23,199 nucleotides of DNA. Source: Candidatus Iainarchaeum sp. Lineage in GTDB: Archaea > Iainarchaeota > Iainarchaeia > Iainarchaeales > DTGL01. Numbering within the stretch: the stretch's first letter is position 1; each line of letters begins with the position of its first letter. The notes beneath the pieces are model-generated. The model worked only from the letters and a program-made list of their open reading frames with translations. It did not search any database and was not told the DNA's origin. Both the position numbers and the translations under genes were made by a program. Shown piece after piece: positions 22,605 through 23,199 of this stretch. Where the stretch lies: contig JAVYME010000021.1 of the NCBI GenBank assembly GCA_038736825.1, positions 1-23,199 on the forward strand, written 5' to 3'.

Positions 22605-23199
22605 ATGGCTGCAAGCAATTCTTTTCCTGAATCCAAAAAATACCCCAAGGATACTGCTGGAGCGAACATGTCCACTGCTGTGCCAGTGGTTGGATTAAAT
22701 GACACAATTGGCCAAATAAAGAGAATGCTTTCAGAAAAAGCAGAGTCCTTTGACACAATCAGTTATATTTATGTGGTTGACAGCGAAAAAAAGCTTGCCG
22801 GGCTTTTTTCAATAAAAGAAGTGTTTAAGGCAAAAGAGAATGTTAGGGCTTCAGAGGTAATGAAAAAAGAGGTTGTTGTTGTAAGGCCTTACACTGACCA
22901 AGAAGAGGTTTCAATTCTTGCTCTCACCAAAGACATGAAGAACATTCCAGTTGTGGACAAAAACGGTGTTTTTTTGGGCACTGTTAGGTCGCGCACTATT
23001 TTCAATATTCTTTATTTAGAGCATGTTGAGGATTTTTTGAAGCTTGCTGGAATTCATAGTGCGCCTGGAAAGGCTTTGCGTGCTCCTGCATTCCAGCTTG
23101 TCAAGGCAAGAATTCCTTGGCTTTTGCTGGGATTGGTGGGAGGCATTATTGCAGCGCAAATCACTGGTTTTTTTGAAGAGCCTTTAAAAGAATTTTTTG
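22605..23199 (+). CDS. mgtE: Magnesium transporter MgtE, 5' part (runs off the window); CBS pair followed by the first TM segment
   Basis: The frame is open from ATG 22605 (TAG immediately upstream) to the window end. Two CBS-like modules are visible (STAVPVVGLNDTIGQIKRML...YVVDSEKKLAGLFSIKEV; VMKKEVVVVRPYTDQEEVSILALTKDMKNIPVVDKNGVFLGTV). They are followed by LEHVEDFLKLAGI and RIPWLLLGLVGGIIAAQI, which are typical of MgtE. Confidence 0.82.
   Translation, partial: MAASNSFPESKKYPKDTAGANMSTAVPVVGLNDTIGQIKRMLSEKAESFDTISYIYVVDSEKKLAGLFSIKEVFKAKENVRASEVMKKEVVVVRPYTDQEEVSILALTKDMKNIPVVDKNGVFLGTVRSRTIFNILYLEHVEDFLKLAGIHSAPGKALRAPAFQLVKARIPWLLLGLVGGIIAAQITGFFEEPLKEFF

Noticed and set aside
1-23199. 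Scan for CRISPR arrays, tandem repeats, IS elements or transposases, integrases, toxin-antitoxin pairs and rRNA
   Set aside because: I found no regularly spaced direct repeats and no recognisable transposase, integrase or rRNA sequence by eye. The only non-trivial repeat is the anchor-module duplication (3125-3192 versus 22486-22553), which is reported as a finding.

Overview
This is a compact, roughly 40% GC (by eye), gene-dense window that looks archaeal. It carries an aIF5A-deoxyhypusine synthase operon, TTTAWATA-like boxes about 25-30 nt upstream of several start codons, GGGTGAT-type Shine-Dalgarno sites, and a tRNA without encoded CCA. A small-genome or uncultured (DPANN-like) lineage is plausible but I cannot verify that. 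I support 23 protein-coding genes (two cut by the window edges), one tRNA-Arg(CCG) and one gene remnant. I saw no rRNA, CRISPR array, transposase or integrase.

Content from left to right:
- a PPC/DUF296 protein
- a membrane-anchored hypothetical protein, divergent from a large secreted protein that is cysteine-rich and carries PKD domains
- an apparent operon of APC amino-acid permease, membrane protein, class I aminotransferase, iorA, iorB and a cytochrome-b5-like lipoprotein
- a convergent paaK (phenylacetate-CoA ligase) plus Na/Pi cotransporter pair
- a HAD-IIB phosphatase
- an 891-aa fusion of ADP-forming acyl-CoA synthetase and GNAT (Pat-like)
- MarC
- deoxyhypusine synthase and aIF5A
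- a thioredoxin-fold/DsbD-like membrane fusion
- a GPR1/FUN34/YaaH acetate channel
- a poorly explained trio at 19.5-22.2 kb
- tRNA-Arg
- an orphan copy of the surface protein's C-terminal anchor
- a 5'-partial mgtE

The trio is the most interesting candidate. It consists of a radical-SAM/helix-hairpin-helix gene of the 'DNA modification/repair' type, a 196-aa ORF with protein-kinase motifs that ends just after DFG, and a divergently transcribed GNAT-like ORF. It lies next to the tRNA and the gene remnant.

All functional calls rest on motifs I recognised by eye in the translations. No database search was possible.
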